This document shows, in pieces, positions 42,751-59,102 of a stretch of DNA of 64,000 bases. This stretch comes from the human T2T-CHM13v2.0 reference genome, Homo sapiens. The stretch lies in assembly GCF_009914755.1 (NCBI RefSeq), contig NC_060931.1; one strand, 5' to 3'. Every line of letters begins with the position of its first letter. The first letter of the stretch is position 1. Below the pieces are notes generated by a model. It was not told where the DNA came from, did not search any database, and was given only the letters and a program-made list of their open reading frames with translations. A program made the position numbers and the translations under genes.

Positions 42751-45070
42751 TCATGGGTGAAGGATTTAACCTTACCTAGAGCTGAAACAGCTTTAGGGAG
42801 CTGAGTGAAATATAAAAGTAGAAGAAGCAACGAGAAGAGCCCTGTAGGTACTCCTGGTCCCCAGCTTTATCTCACAGGGGTCCTTGGGGAAGGCAGCTAG
42901 CAGAATTGGGAAGGGGTCACAGGGTGAAGGAAGCTTCTAGCTGAACTTTGTAATAATTTCGAATGAGCACAAATTTTCCTGAGCAGAATCCAGGGGTATG
43001 AACAGGAAGTGCAGATACAAGCACAGGAGGCACAACCAAAGGAATAGGCAGGCAGGGAGGGCAAGGCCTAAGAGCCCTACTTGCTTTCTCAGCAGGGAGG
43101 CTTGTAGCCTGGGGCAAGATCTCAGCCCTGCTTGCTAACTGCCTGGATATAAATTCAGTGCTGTTGGCCGGGCACGATGGGAGTGGGACTGGCCTTGCTG
43201 GTTGTGTGGAAGTTGGGTGAGGTCTGTCACTACCGGCTTTTTCCCACTTCCTTGGCTACCTGTATGACACAGCAGAGGCAACCATAATCTCTATGAGAAC
43301 ATAACTCCATTGGCCTGAGAACCACCCTTCCATCCCCTACAGTGGCCATAGCAAGTCTCGCCCAAGAAGAGCCGGAGCTCAGACCTGGCTAACTCTGCCC
43401 CAACCTGATGGTATTTCTTTACTGACCCTGCTAGCTGAAGACAAAAGACATAAACTGTTGGGAGCTCTATGGCCTTGCTCATGGCCTGAGAAACCTGAGA
43501 ACTTATCCTGGGCAATGTAGGGGAAGCTTGTATCCCCCTCCTACTACTGCAGCTGGTGCTGTCTTGAAAGAGGCATCTCCTGGCTGGAAGCCAACCAACT
43601 CAAGCCATTACAGCAACTCATAACAGAGCAACCCCACTCCAAAGAAGGAGAAAACAACAGCTAATTCCACCACCTGCAACACCTTGGCTAACCAGAAGTC
43701 CTGAGTCTGTCCACATGACAACTTCACTGCTAGCATAACCAGCATTTGAGAAAGCCAGCACACTACACATATCTACAACCAAGGACTCTCACAGAATCTA
43801 CTTTACTCCCCTGCCACCTCCACTGGAGCAGGTATCCATGGCTGGGAGACCTGAAGACAGATCACATCACAGGACTCTTTGCTGACAACCCTAGCACAAA
43901 CCTGGAGCCTGGTAGCTCTGCTGGGGGTTAGACCCAGAAGAGCAATAACAATCACTGCAGTCCGCTCTTCAGAAGCCCCATTCCTAGGGGACTGGGGAGA
44001 GCTTCATATCAAGGGATCACCCTCTAGGACAAAAGAATCTGAACAGAAGCCCTTGAGCTCTAGATCTTTCTACTGAAACTGTCTACCCAAATAAGAAGGA
44101 ATCAGAAAAGTAATTCTGGTAGTATGACAAAACAAGTTCTATCACACCCCCAAAAGATCACACTAGCTCTCCAGCAATGGATTCAAGGCAAGAAGAAATC
44201 TCTGAATTACCAGATAAGGAATTCAGAAGGTTTATTATTAAGCTACTCAAGGAGGTACCAGAGAAAGGTGAAAAACAACTTAAAGAAATTTAAAAAATAA
44301 TACAGAATATGCATGAGAAAGTCTCCAGAGAAATAGATATCATAAAGAAAAGACAATCACAACTTTTAGAAATGAAAGACACACTTAGAGAAATTCAAAA
44401 TACCCTGGAAAGTTTCAACAATAGCATCAAACAAGTACAAGAAAGAACTTCAGCACTTAAAGACAAGGCATTTGAATTAACCCAATCTGACAAAGACAAA
44501 GAACAAATTTAAAAAATGAACAAAGCCTCCAAGAAATTTGGGATTATGTTAAATGACCTAACCTAAGAATAATTGGTGTTCCTGAGGAAGAAGAGAAATC
44601 TAAAAGTTTGGAAAACATATTTAAGGGAATAATTGAGAATAATAGAAATCTAGACATCCATATACAAGAAGCTCAAAGAACACCTGGGAAATTCATCATG
44701 AAAAGATCATCACTTAGGCACAGAGTCACCAGGTTATCTAAAGTCAAGACAAAGGAAAGAATCTTAAGAGTTATAAGGCAAAAATATCAGGTAAACTATA
44801 AAGGAAAACCTATCAGATAAACGGCAGATTTCTCAGCAGAAACCCTACAATTCAGAAGGAATTGGGGTCCTATCTTTAGCCTCCTTAAACAAAATAATTG
44901 TCAGCCAAGAATTTTGTATTGAGTAAAAGTAAGCTTCATAAATGAAGGAGAGATAAGTCTTTTTCAGACAAATGCTGGGGGAATTCACCACTACCAAGCC
45001 AGCATTAAAGGAAATGCTAAAAGGAGTTCTAAATCTTGAAACAAAACCTCAAAATACACCATAATAGAAC

Positions 45071-46821
45071 TGTCACAGGATCCTTAGGGGTGTCACTTCA
45101 CCAGCCAGAAACCTCTGTGGCTGGTGGTGTTTCTGCTTGAGTTTTGTTCATGCCTCCTGGGCTCAGCAGGCTGCACTCAGCTCAAGCTACTGGCTCGGAT
45201 CCCATGCCTGCCAAGGGCGAGCCAGGCATGCAGCAGGGAGGAGTGTGTGAGTGAATGAGCACAGGTTCCCGCCACTGCACACAGCCAGGTGCACTGGCTG
45301 CTGTGGCGGGGCGGGCAGCTTCAGGTGCCGGCACAGTCACTGGCTCCATGCGAGGCTGTGGCTGGACCAGATGTACTGCAAGTGGCCTCTGCTCTGGGCA
45401 CCAGTGTCTAGACAAGGGGAATGCAGTGGGACCTGAAAGCTCGGAGACACCAAAAACCACAGAGCTCCAAAGAGGGTGTTACAGCATGTCACAGCCCTGG
45501 CTTGAGGAGCCCTGAGGTCTGGGTTCCCAGAAGGGCTGCATTTCTTCTCTCCTTCTTGTTACTCACAGCACAGTGAGCAGGGAGATGTGTTTTGTGGGGG
45601 CATGTTTCAGCCTGTTTGTGTTACAGCTCTTTCAGTCCTGCCATCTCACTCCAGCCCATGACTCCTGGGCTGGCCTAGCCCCACCACTGCTTCCCATTGT
45701 GTGGGGCGCCACCTGGCATTGGCAGAGAGCAGGAGAGCTATAGTGTTACAGCAGCTCTGGCTCAGGGAATCCAGAAGGGTTGCCACTCTTCACTCCATAA
45801 TTCAGGAGCATGTCACCACCTGCAGCTCATTGAGCCAGGCAGGAACGTGTTACAGCTCCTTTCACTTCCACTGTTCGGCAGGTCCTGAGTTCTTGTCTCA
45901 TGTCCAGGAAGAATGAGGTTACATGGACAACTGGAAGGTGAGCAACACAGAGAGGAGCTTTATTGAGCAACACAACAGCTTTTAGGAGACCCAAAGTTGG
46001 TAGCTCCTATTCACAGGCAGGTTGTCTCAACCAGTGTTTGAGTCTGGCTGAGTCTGGGGTTTTTATGTGCTCAGAATGGAGGCAGTGCATGCTGATTGGT
46101 CCATGTGCAGCCATGGGCAGGCCATCTTATTGGCCGAAGGGCATCAATGAAGTTCTCACTCTGGGTCATGAACTCCACCCAGAACTGGCAGCCCAACCCC
46201 CAGGCTTCAGGCTGTCCCTAACTTAAGGGTGGGGTTTCACCAGGGACCTGCCCCTTCTCACCTAGGAAACTGTCTACCTCTTGCCACCATCAACATACCA
46301 TCCACAGCACCCAGGCTGTCTATGCCCGGGGTGCCTGCAGGCCTGCACCAAGGTGCCCTCAGCCCCCTGACCTTCCTCCTGTGCTCATTAGCACCCAAAG
46401 TCTGGACAGGGCCAAGGTAGCAGGAGGCTGGCATGTCAGCACTACCGAGTGCACACACACGTGGCGGGGTTGCAACAGCACCCAGGTTTGTCTGCAACTT
46501 TGCTCCACACCAGGGTTGGCACCAGCAATGGGGAGAGGCTAGGGAGTGGGATCAGGCACTTCTGAGCCTGCAGAGGCAGGGGCTTCCCAGGCCCCTGGGA
46601 ATGCAGGGATGCCTAGGTCTGGAGCCATGGCTGGATGGATACAGCTGCACCCAGGAGCATGGGCTCCCACCTTGCCAACTTGGTAGGGTGCAGGGCTCCC
46701 GCTGGGATCACCTGTTCCTGATCCCCACCAGCTCTGCAGAGTGCGCAACCCTGACCATACCTCCCCCATTGCAGCTGTTGTCCTCACAGTAGCCACTCCA
46801 GATGGGCTGCCACCACCATCA
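45071..46821 (-). mobile_element. MER52-type ERV1 solo LTR (1.75 kb, GC-rich)
   Basis: TG...CA termini (tgtcacaggatcctt...caccaccatca); 4-bp TSD gaac; the L1 sequence is continuous across it. Confidence 0.8.
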
Positions 46822-48023
46822 GAACTCCCTTAAAGCATAAATCTCACAAGGCCTATAAAACAATAACACAATGATAAAAAACAAACAAACAAGGCATTCA
46901 GGCAACAGCTAGCATGATGAATAGAATGTTACCTCACATCTTAATACTAACATTTAAGGTAAATGGCCTAAATGCTCCACTTAAAAGATTCAGAATGGCA
47001 GAATGGATAAAAATTCACCAACCAAGCATCTGGCTTCTTCAAGAGACCTGCCTAACAGATGAGGACTCACATAAACTTAAGGTAAAAAAGGTAGAAAAAG
47101 ATATTCCATGCAAATGGTAGCCAATAGTGATCAGGAGAAGCTATTTTTATATCAGACAAAACAGACTTTAAAGCAACAACAATTAAAAAAGACAAAGAGG
47201 GACATTATATAAAGATAAAAGGATCAGTCCCACAGGAAAATATCACAATCCTAAATATATATGCACGTAACACTGGAGCTCCCAAATTTATAAAACAATT
47301 ACCATTAGACTTAAGAAATAAGATAGACAGCAACATAATAATAGTGGGGGTCTTCAATACTCCACTGACCACACTAGACAGTCATCAAGACAGAAAGCCA
47401 ACAAAGAAACAATGAACTTAAACTACGAATGGACTTAACAGATATTTACAGAACATTCTACCCAACAACTGCAGAATATACATTCTTTTCATCAGCACAT
47501 GGAACATTCTCCAAGATTGTCCATGTGATAGGCCACAAAACAAGTCTCATTAAATTTAAGAAAATCAAAATTATGTCAACTACTCTCTGAGACCACAGTG
47601 GAATAAAATAAATTAACTCCAAAAGGGACCCTCAAAACTATGTAAATACATGGAAATTAAATAATATGCTCCTGAATAATCTTTGGGTCAACAATGAAAT
47701 CAAAAGGGAAATTTAAAAATTCTTTGAACTGAACGATAATAGTGACACAACTTATCAATACCCCTGGGATATGGCAAAAGTGGTGCTAAGAGGAAAGTTC
47801 ATAGCATTAAATGCCTCCATCAAAAAGTCTGAAAGAGTACAAATATACAATCTAAGCTCACACCTCAAGGAACTAGAGAAACACAAACAAACCAAACCCA
47901 AACCCAGCAGAAGAAAGGAAATAATAAGATCAGAGCAGAACTAAATGAATTTGATACAAACAAACAAAAAACAAAAGATAAATGAAACAAAAAGCTAGTT
48001 CTTTGAAAAGATAAACAAAATAG

Positions 48024-48330
<307 letters not shown>

Positions 48331-51300
48331 AAAAGATAAACAAAATAAATCAACCATTAGCAAGATTAGCCAAGAAAAGAATAGACAAGATAAACATAAG
48401 CTCAATTAGAAATGAAATGGGGGATATTACTACCAATACCACAGAAATACAAAAGATCATTCAAAGCTATGAACACCTTTATGTGCACAAACTGGAAAAC
48501 CCAGAGAAGATGGATAAATTTCTGGAAATATACAGCCTTTCTAGATGAAATGAGGAAGAAATAGAAAGTCTGAATAGACTATAACATTTAGCAAGACTGA
48601 AACAGTAATAAAAAATTGCCAACAAAAAAAGTTTGGGACTTGATGGATTCACAGCTGAATTCTATTAGACGTTCAAAGAAGAATTGGTACCAATTTTACT
48701 GAAAGTATTGGAAAAGATAGAGAAACAGAGAATCCTCCCTAAATCGTTCTATGAAGCCAGTATCTCCCTAATACCAAAACCAGGAAAGAACTTGATGAAC
48801 ATGATGCAAAATCCTCAATAAAATACTAGCTAACTGAATCCACAGAATATCAAAAAGATAATACACCATGATCAAGTGGGTTTCATACAAGGGAAGCAGG
48901 GTTGGTTTAACATATGCAAGTCAATAAATGTGATACACCACATTAACAGAATTAACAACAAAAATCGTATAATCATCTCAATAGATGCAGAAAAAGCATT
49001 TGACAAAATCCAGCATCGCTTTATGATTAAAATTCAGCAAAATTGGCATAGAAGAGACATACATTAAGGTAATAAGGGCCATCTATGACAAACCCACAGC
49101 TAACCTTATGCTGAATAAGGAAAGGTTGAAAGCATTCCCCCTGAAAACTGGAACAAGACAAGGATGCCCACCTTCACACTTCTATTCAACATAGTACTGG
49201 AAGTCCTAGCCAGAGCAATCAGAAAAGAGAAAGAAGGGCATCCAGATCAGTAGGGAGGAAGTCATACTCTTGCTGTTTGCCAATGATATGATCATATTAT
49301 TAGAAAACCCTAAAGACTCATCCAAAAAGCTCCTAAATATGATAAATTAATTCAGGAAAGTTTCAGGATACAAAATCAATGTACACAAATCAGTAGCACT
49401 GCTATACACCAATAGCAACCAAGCTGAGGATCAATCAAGAACACAATCCCTTTTATAACCGCTGAGAAAAAAATGTAAAATACTTAGGAATCTACCTAAC
49501 CAAGGAGTTGAAAGCCCTCTACAAGGAAAACTACAAAACACTGCTGAAAGAAGTCATTGACAAAACAAACAAATAGAAACACACACCATGCTCATGGATG
49601 GATAGAATCAATACTGCCAAAAGCAATCCATAAATTCAATGCAATTCCCATCAAAATACAATCATCATTCTTCACAGAACTAGAAAAAAATCCTAAAATT
49701 TAGATGCAACCAACAAAAGAGCCCACATAGCCAAAGCAAGAATAAGCAAAAATAAAAAATCTGGAGGGATCCCATTACCCAATTTCAAACTATACTACAA
49801 GGCTATAATCACCAAACCAGCATGGTACTGGTATAAAAATAAGCATGTAGACCAATAGAACAGAGTAAAGAACTCAGAAGTAAAGCTGAATACTTACAGC
49901 CAACTGATCTTTGACAAAGCAAACAAAACCATAAAGTGGGAAAAGGACACCCTATTCAACAAATGGTGCTGGGATAATTGGCAAGCCACATGTAGAAGAA
50001 TGAAATGATCCTCATTTCTCACCTTATACAAAAATCAACTCAAGATGGATCAAAGACTTAAATCTAAGACCCAAAACTGTAAAAATTCTAGAAGATAACA
50101 TTGGAAAAACTCTTCTAGACATTGGCTAACACTTCTGCACAGCAAAAGAAATAATCAGCCAAGCAAACAGACAACCCACAGAGTGGAAAACAACCTTCAC
50201 GAACTTTGCATTTCACCAAGGGCTAATATCCAGAATCTATAAGGAACTCAAACAAATCGGCAAGAAAAAAACAAATAATCCCAACAAAAAGTGGGCTAAG
50301 GACATAAATATACAATTCTCAAAAGAAGATACACAAATGGCCAACAAACATGAAAAAATGCTCAACATCACTAATCATCAGGGAAATGCAAATCAAAACC
50401 ACAATGCAATACCCCCTTATTCCTGCAAGAATGGCCATAATTAAAAAATCAAAAAATAATAGATGTTGGCGTGGATGCGGTGAAAAGGGAAAATTTTTAC
50501 ACTGCTGGTGGGAATGTAAACTAATACAACTGCTATGGAAAACAGCATGAAGATTCCTAAAAGAACTAAAAGTAGAACGACCATTTGATCCAGCAATCCC
50601 CCTGCTGGGTATCTACCCAGAGGAAAAGAAGTCATTATAAGAAAAAGACTCTTGTACTCACATTTATAGCAGCACAACTCACAACTGCAAAAATACGGAA
50701 GCAGCCTAAATGCCCATCAATCAATGAGTGGATAAAGAAAATGTGGTATGTATATACCATGGAATACTACTCGGCCATAAAAAAGAATGAAATAATGGCA
50801 TTCACAGCAACCTTGATGGAGTTGGAGACCATTATTCTAAGTAAATTCAGGAATGGAAAACTAAACATCATATGTTCTCCCTTATAAGTGGGAGCTAAGC
50901 TGTGAAGACACAAAGCCATAAGAATGATATAATGGACTCTGGGGACTTGAGGGAAAGGGTGAAATTGGGGTGAGGGATAAAAGAATACACACTGGGTACA
51001 GTATACACTGCTTGGGTAATGGGTGCATCAAAATCTCAGAAATCACCACTAATGAACTTATCCATGTAACCAAACACCACCTGTTCCCAAAAACTATTGA
51101 AATGGTTTTAAAAAATAGAAAAATAAGCTTAGATGAAAAAATATTCAAAAAGTAGAACAATATTGACAATATAATTACATGTATGTAGAAAAACTATTTC
51201 CCTGCAAAGGCACAGAAAATATCTGAAAGGACACACACACACACGCTTGTGCACATACAATTATTAACAGTGGATACTTTCAGGGAATTCATATAGGATA

Positions 51301-51511
51301 TTGGCAAGATAAGCAGAATTTTACTTTTACCTCTATACAGATACAGTTCTCTACTACTTGAATGTATTATCATGAACACACATTTCTTCTGTTATAAAAA
51401 TTATTTTTAAAATAATATTTAATATCATGGGAAGATATTTAATATCTATAGTAAACTGAAAGAGCAAGTTATAAAATGGTAAGTAAAATATGATCTTCCT
51501 TTGGAAAATAA

Positions 51512-51807
<296 letters not shown>

Positions 51808-51881
51808 TAGAAAATAATATTTATGCAAAGAAGAAAGATTGGGTGGGTATACACCAAGATGTGAACAATGATCTCAGAGTG

Positions 51882-52236
51882 TGTATTAGTCTGTTCTCAT
51901 GCTGCTAATAGAGATATACTCAAGACTGGGTAATTTATAAAGGAAAGAGGTTTAATGGACTCACAGCTCTACATGGCTGGGGAGGCCTCACAATCATGGC
52001 AGAAGATGAAGGAAGAGCAGAGGGACATCTTACGTGACAGCAGGCAAGAGAGCTTGTGCAGGGGAACTCCCATTTATAAAACCGTCAGATCTCGTGAGAC
52101 TTATTCACTACCATGAGAACAGTATGGGGGAACCACCCCCATGATTAAATTATCTCCACCTGGGCCCACCCTTGACACATGGGGATTATTACAATTCAAG
52201 GTGAGATATGGGTGAGGACACAGCCAAACCATATCA
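51882..52236 (-). mobile_element. THE1 solo LTR
   Basis: tgtattagtc...cagccaaaccatatca; TSD gagtg/aagtg. Confidence 0.9.
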
Positions 52237-53640
52237 AAGTGGATGAATTTGGATGATTTTTATTGTTTTCTTTTGCACGAATCTTGATTTTCTAAACACT
52301 TTTTATCCTTTAAGAGTTTGATTCATCAGGCATTTCTTAAAAAATGATATACTTCATTAGTACTCTTAAAAAGATAGATCTCTGATTCATGGAGCCAGAA
52401 GATAACTGGATACAAAACTATCTGATGTGAAAGTTATTTCTTCCACCAAATTTCAGTCATGTAAGAGCTCTTAATTTTTGGATTTATCTTCTATACATGG
52501 CTGACTTCATCTATATTTTATGTGGAATAAGTAGCAAATACTTCTGAGCTTCTTCAAAATGAAGTGGAAAGTAAAATATAAAATGAGTGAAGAAATCAGA
52601 ACAAAGAAAATATGACAGAAGGAGAGAGAAAATGAAATCACAAGATGAACTCTACCCCGTAAGGGCCAGCACTTTTTTTGAGGGTGATCTAGTCATGCAT
52701 CACTTAATGGCAGGGATATGTTCTGAGAAATGCATCCTTAAGCAATTTTGTCATTGTGCGAACATCATGGAGTGTACCTACGCAAACCTAGCTGGTATAG
52801 CCTACTACACACCTAGGCTAGATGGTATAGCCTATTGCTCCTAGACTAGAAACCTGTACAGCATGTTACAATACTGAATGCCACAGGCAATTGTAATATG
52901 ACAGTAAGTATTTGTGTATCTAAATATATCTAAACATAGAAAAGGTACAGAAAAAATATAAAAGATAAAAAATGGTACACCTTTATAGGACACTTATGAA
53001 TGGAGCCTGCAGGACTGGAAGTTGCTCTGGGTGAGTCAGTGAGTGAGTGGTGATTGTGAGGGCCTCACACATTATCATACACTACCGTAGACTTTATAAA
53101 TGCTGTACACTTAAGCTACACTAAATTCATAAGAATAAATTTTATTTCTTCAATAATAAATTAATCTTAGCTTACTGTAACTTTTTTACTTTTAACACTT
53201 TAAATTTTTCTTTTTGACTCTTTTGTAATAACACCTAGCACATTGTACACAATATTTTCTGTCCTTTTCTGTAAGCGTTTTTCTTTTTTAATAATTTTTT
53301 TAACTTTGTAAAAGTTTTTGTAAAAAATAGGACACAAACACATACATTAGCCCAGGCATACACAGGGTCGAAATCATCAGCATCACTGCCTCCAACTTCT
53401 ACATCTTGTCCCACTGGAAGTTCTTCAGGGGCAATAACAGGCATGGAGTGATTATGTCCTATGATAACAATGACTTCTTCTGGAATACCCCCTCAAGACC
53501 CTGCCTAAGGCCGGTTTATAGTTAACTTTTTAATATACATAATTAGAAGGACTACACTCTAAAATAGCAATAAAAATCAGAGTACAGTAAATACATAAAT
53601 CAGTAACATGGTTGTTTATTATCGTTATCAAGTATTACAT

Positions 53641-54332
<692 letters not shown>

Positions 54333-55435
54333 TACATAGTATACAGAATTGTATGTGTGTTAGTTTTATATGACTGGCAGCCAATAGTTTTGGGTACACC
54401 AGCATTACCACAAACATAAGTAATATGTTGTGCTACAATATTACAAAGTCCAGGACATCACCAGGCTATAGGAATTTTTCAGTGTCATTATAATCTTATG
54501 GGCCCACTGTTGTACACGTGGTCTGTTATTGACTGAAACGTTATGTATTGCATTACTGTACTAACTCTTCTAAACAACCCCCTAACTCTTACCCACCCCA
54601 AAAAGAGACCAGAGCTGGGGAGGGTCAAACTGTCCCGAGATGGAGGCCAGACAGAAATTACTCAAGTGCACGAGCTACATGCAGACAATAACAACAATGA
54701 CAGCAACAGCTCCTGAGGTTTCATATGGGTCAAGTTCTATGCTAAATCATGATTTTATTCAGATAAACAGTTTTATTTAATCTTCACAAGAACCCCATTC
54801 TTAGTAGGGAACATTTATTCCTCCTACCCATGTTTCCCCTTGACTCGCTAGGAGGGAAGCATTTGGGAGGAGCTCTTTGAGCTTCTCAGTTCTGTCCCCT
54901 TACTTCCTCCTCAGGAGGAGTTGGGAGAGTTGGTGAGTTTGAGAGAAGGGATGAGCAGCTGCAGCTCCTTTGCGGGGACGTCTGTTCTCCAACCCAGGAA
55001 GATCTCTGCCCTCCATACACTAAGCTTGCTCTGGAGAACTCTGCTTCTGTACTTCTGGAGCCCTGGTGTGTTCCTCAATTCAACTTTATCAGTAATAAGC
55101 CTGACACCATCTACAATTCATTATCTGAAACTCCCTGGGTGAGGTGGGTTTCAAAATTCAGAATTTTTCAGATTTTAGACAGGTCATGTGGTTCACATAG
55201 AGGTTCTAGGTCAACTCCCTATCATCAAACACATTAATATTTTTGCAATAAAAGATATGAATACTCACACTAAATGGGATGAATTAAGACTACATCACAT
55301 CAATTCAGATCACATTTTGTGGTCAAATGAGTTCAGATGTGCTTCATGGATGTACCATGAAGGTAATGAAGCTGAAGTTTCAGCCCCCAGCCCAGCTGCA
55401 CAGGCCACTTCTTTGGCCAGATAACTTCTTTTGTA

Positions 55436-55522
55436 TTTATACTCATATATATGAATATATATATGAGTATAAATATGTATGTATGTATGACTGTGTGTGT
55501 GTGTATGTGTGTGTGTGTGTGT
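55436..55522. repeat. (TA)/(TATG)/(TG) compound microsatellite
   Basis: Read directly from the sequence. Confidence 0.85.
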
Positions 55523-57960
55523 AACCCTCAAAAATATAAGCTTCAGGTTCCAGAAAACCTAGATTCTCCCATGGAGAAAGATATTATTTCCTCCCCTAAA
55601 ATCCTGATACCCAAAAACGTAGGTACCACTATTATTCCCATGTTACCTAGGAAGAGACTGAGGGAAGAGGGGGTAAGTACCTTGACACCCAGTTCTAAGT
55701 GGCAGAGTTTTGTTTTAAACTCAGATGATGTAAGGCCTGAGTTTGTGCTTTTAACCACTGCCTTTCTACATTTGTGAACAAAAGTAAGAAAATTGTTGAT
55801 ATTCTCTTTTCAGCTAAAATAAATCCTAGAGGATATCCTTTATCCCAATAAATATAACCTAAGGAATCCAATTTCTGTCAAACCTCTCAGTCTAATAGGA
55901 GAAGAATGAAACTCTCCTAATAACGTTCCCTAGAAATTTAGGAAAAGAGCACTACAGTAAAATTTCTGTATACTTCCTTCTAAAGAGAACCCCCAGAATT
56001 AGATCCTATTCACACATTACCATTCTCCTGATATTGAGCCTTCAATATTAGGTGAATGCTACTCTTTTCCCACAAAATGTAATTGTATTTGCATTCCTCA
56101 ATATCCTATGTTTGGCTTTTCATGAAATTCAATCTGGAAATCAGTAAAAACCATGTACATAGGATCCTGTAACATTGCTATAATAGTAAACAATCTCACA
56201 TTTCTCTGCACAAAAAACCCAAGAGAAAGGGAAGAGTGAATACCCATATTTTACAAATGAAGAAACTAAGGACAAGAGAAAGTAACTTCTCCAATGCTGC
56301 CAAGTTTTGCCAAAATTGGTAACAAAGCTCTGGACATTTTTCTTCTAGGCCAAGGCTGTTTATCTAAGGAGCATCAACTCTGGACATGTAGGTTATAATT
56401 CATTAATATTTCAGGAATAACTTTATCTGCTGAATAAATTGCTGATGAAGCTTCCCCAAAACAACAAAACCATTCATAAATTCTGACTGATTCTTATTTC
56501 TTTCTCAGATTCTCCACTTGGACTAAGAAAACAGTAAGGAAAAATTTTGTTCTACTCCTCACAATTATAATAGTATTTTAAAATATACTATTATGAAATA
56601 TAAATACATGCATAGAGAAAATGATGATCTCTTGAAGATGATAATAATGATATTCACCACCCATCTATAACACACCTGAACAGTTTGCCATGTATTTGTT
56701 TTGGATTTATTCTTAACTAATAAAGTCCCTCTGAGTGTTTCTCCAATACCATTCTTTTCTTGCATTATCCAGGGGTAACCAGCAACCCAAATTTTGTATA
56801 TTAATCCATGATAATTTATATAGTACATTTATATTTAAAACTATTTAAATATAAGATTTTTTGTATTTACATAAAATAACTATCATACGATAACATCATC
56901 ATATACATACATAATGTGTATATGTATATATACATATATATATATAGTCTTAGATCTATCATTCCACAACTCGTTTTTATGCTTTATGGTGTTTTGAGAT
57001 TCATGTTGATATTTAAAGCTAGTAGTTTTATGTCTTTAGCTTTTGTGATATTGTGAATGGGACTTTTGTTCCAATTATGTTTTCTAACTGGTTATGGCTG
57101 TTATGTGAGGACTTTATCGATTTGGATTCAAGAAAACTTTCCGAATTCATTTATGACTTCTAATAGTTTGTAGATTCTCTTGGATTTTCTATGTGGGCAA
57201 GAACAGCACTTTCAAATAATCATCTTTCTGAGGGTGACCGGCTACTTTGCAGAATAAAAAGCTCATAGGTTATCTGATTTCTAACATAAAATCACTCTCC
57301 GGTTTCCACAAGCATACATTGCAATAGAGATATCCTATCCCCATCCTGAATGTTTTTCAAGAGGTAGAATTATAACCACGCTGTTTTCTTACTCTGTCGC
57401 CCAAAGATTTTATTCCGTGGTGATTACTTGGTATGACTTCAAATGGAGCACCATAAAGCCACAGGACTGGAAGTGAATGGGTGTCTTTTATTTCAAGAAG
57501 AGAATATTACCTCACTTAGGAATACCTGTAATTTCATGTAACAATGGACTTTTTGGAGAAATTGTCTTTAGATTTAGGAAGCTCCTAATCAGATTTCTAT
57601 GTAAATAGATTGAAACAATGGTGTTCTCTTTTTGTTTATCAATAAAACAAGTTAGGGAAGAACTGTGAGTTCGACATCATCTGTTACCATTGGGAAGAAA
57701 AGTAGGGTCACATAATGAAAATCAAGCTCAAAGATCCATTACCTTTGTGGTTATTTATTCTGACCACCTATCAGTGCTGGGGGAAATGACCGGTAGTCTC
57801 AATAAAGCAAGAGTCTCCTGGGAGAGCATAGTCTGATTTCCATGTGAACTGGGAGGCAGAGCTTTAACTATATGTCCTTTCTCATTATTTTGAACTGACA
57901 TAGTTAAAGGACATTTCCCCCAAATGCTGCTGAATAGAAAACACGATCAAATAAACTATA

Positions 57961-58400
57961 TGTGTCAGTTAGGGTTCTTTGGATGCAAACAATAGAAACT
58001 GACTAATTTAAGCAAAAAGTTATTAGAAATATTCTAGGTAGCTCAGGGAGTCAAAGGAAATGTTGAACAATTAGGCCTCAGGAAGGAAAGGCATGAGGCA
58101 GCTCTGGGAATCTGGGTAACAGGAAAGCATGGATAGTCTCTTCAGAGAACTGCCACATGCTAGCTCTACACATACTCCTGCCTGTGTCACTCCACTCAAG
58201 GTCCAGACTCCTGGAAGGTAAAGACTAATTTTCCTGATTTGTGCCACGTGGCCCCTTCTTGATTGTGTTGGTGTCAGAAGGAGGGGGGCAGGGAGGGCAC
58301 CTTCATTTTCATGTCATTCTGAGACTATAATTGATGATGAAAGAGACGTTACTAAGTAATCAGGGCTTGCTTACTCAAGAAGGGAGAGAATTGAAGTACA
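57961..58400 (-). mobile_element. Ancient MLT1 LTR
   Basis: tgtgtcagttagggttctttggatgcaaacaatagaaactgact...ttaagcaaaaag. Confidence 0.55.
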
Positions 58401-58737
58401 GGGGGACACAACAAGCATTCATTTCACCCATCTTTACCAAGGCTTAGCACAGCAGCCTCCTGGCATAGCCTAATGGCATTAGCACCAAAGAGGTCTAGGA
58501 CCCCAAAAGGAAATGACTCCAATGAAATGACCTGAGAAAGCCAGGGAGAAATCCTGCATCAAATCTGCAGAGAACATCAAGCTGCCAGCATAGACCTCAG
58601 CCTTCTCGGAAAAAGTAGCCTTATCACACACGTGACTAATGAGACTGAGCCTCTGAAATCTGAGAAGATCTGTTCAGTGGGCATTTATGGGTAAGGTGAC
58701 CTAGAAAGCTTCCAGGAAACAGAAAGACTTAAAGGGA

Positions 58738-59102
58738 TTTCCTCTCTTTCTTCCCTTTCCTTTTCTTTTCCCTTTCCTTTCCTTTTCCCTTTCCTTTTCT
58801 TTTCCCTTTCCTTTCCTTTTCCCTTCCCTTCCCTTTTCCCTTCTCTTCCCTTCGCTTCCCTTCCTTTCCCTCCCCTTCCCTCCCCTCCCCTTCTTTTCCT
58901 TTCCTTTCCTTTCCTTTCCTTTTGTTTCCTTTCCTTTCCTCTTTCTCTCTCTCTCTTTCTTTCTTTCTCTCTCTTTCTTTCTTTCTTTTCATTCGTTCTC
59001 TTTCTCTCTCTTTCTCTCTTCTTCCTTCCTTCCTTCCTTCCTTCCTTCCTTCCTTCCTCCCTCCCTCCCTCCCTTCCTTCTTTCTTTCCTTCCTTCCTTC
59101 TT
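58738..59102. repeat. ~365-bp polypyrimidine/polypurine compound simple repeat
   Basis: (TTTCC)n, (CT)n, (TTTC)n and (TTCC)n blocks with only a few purines. Confidence 0.97.

Noticed and set aside
45182-46796. Cluster of GC-rich ORFs suggesting a gene or CpG island
   Set aside because: Entirely within the MER52-type LTR, and CpG-depleted
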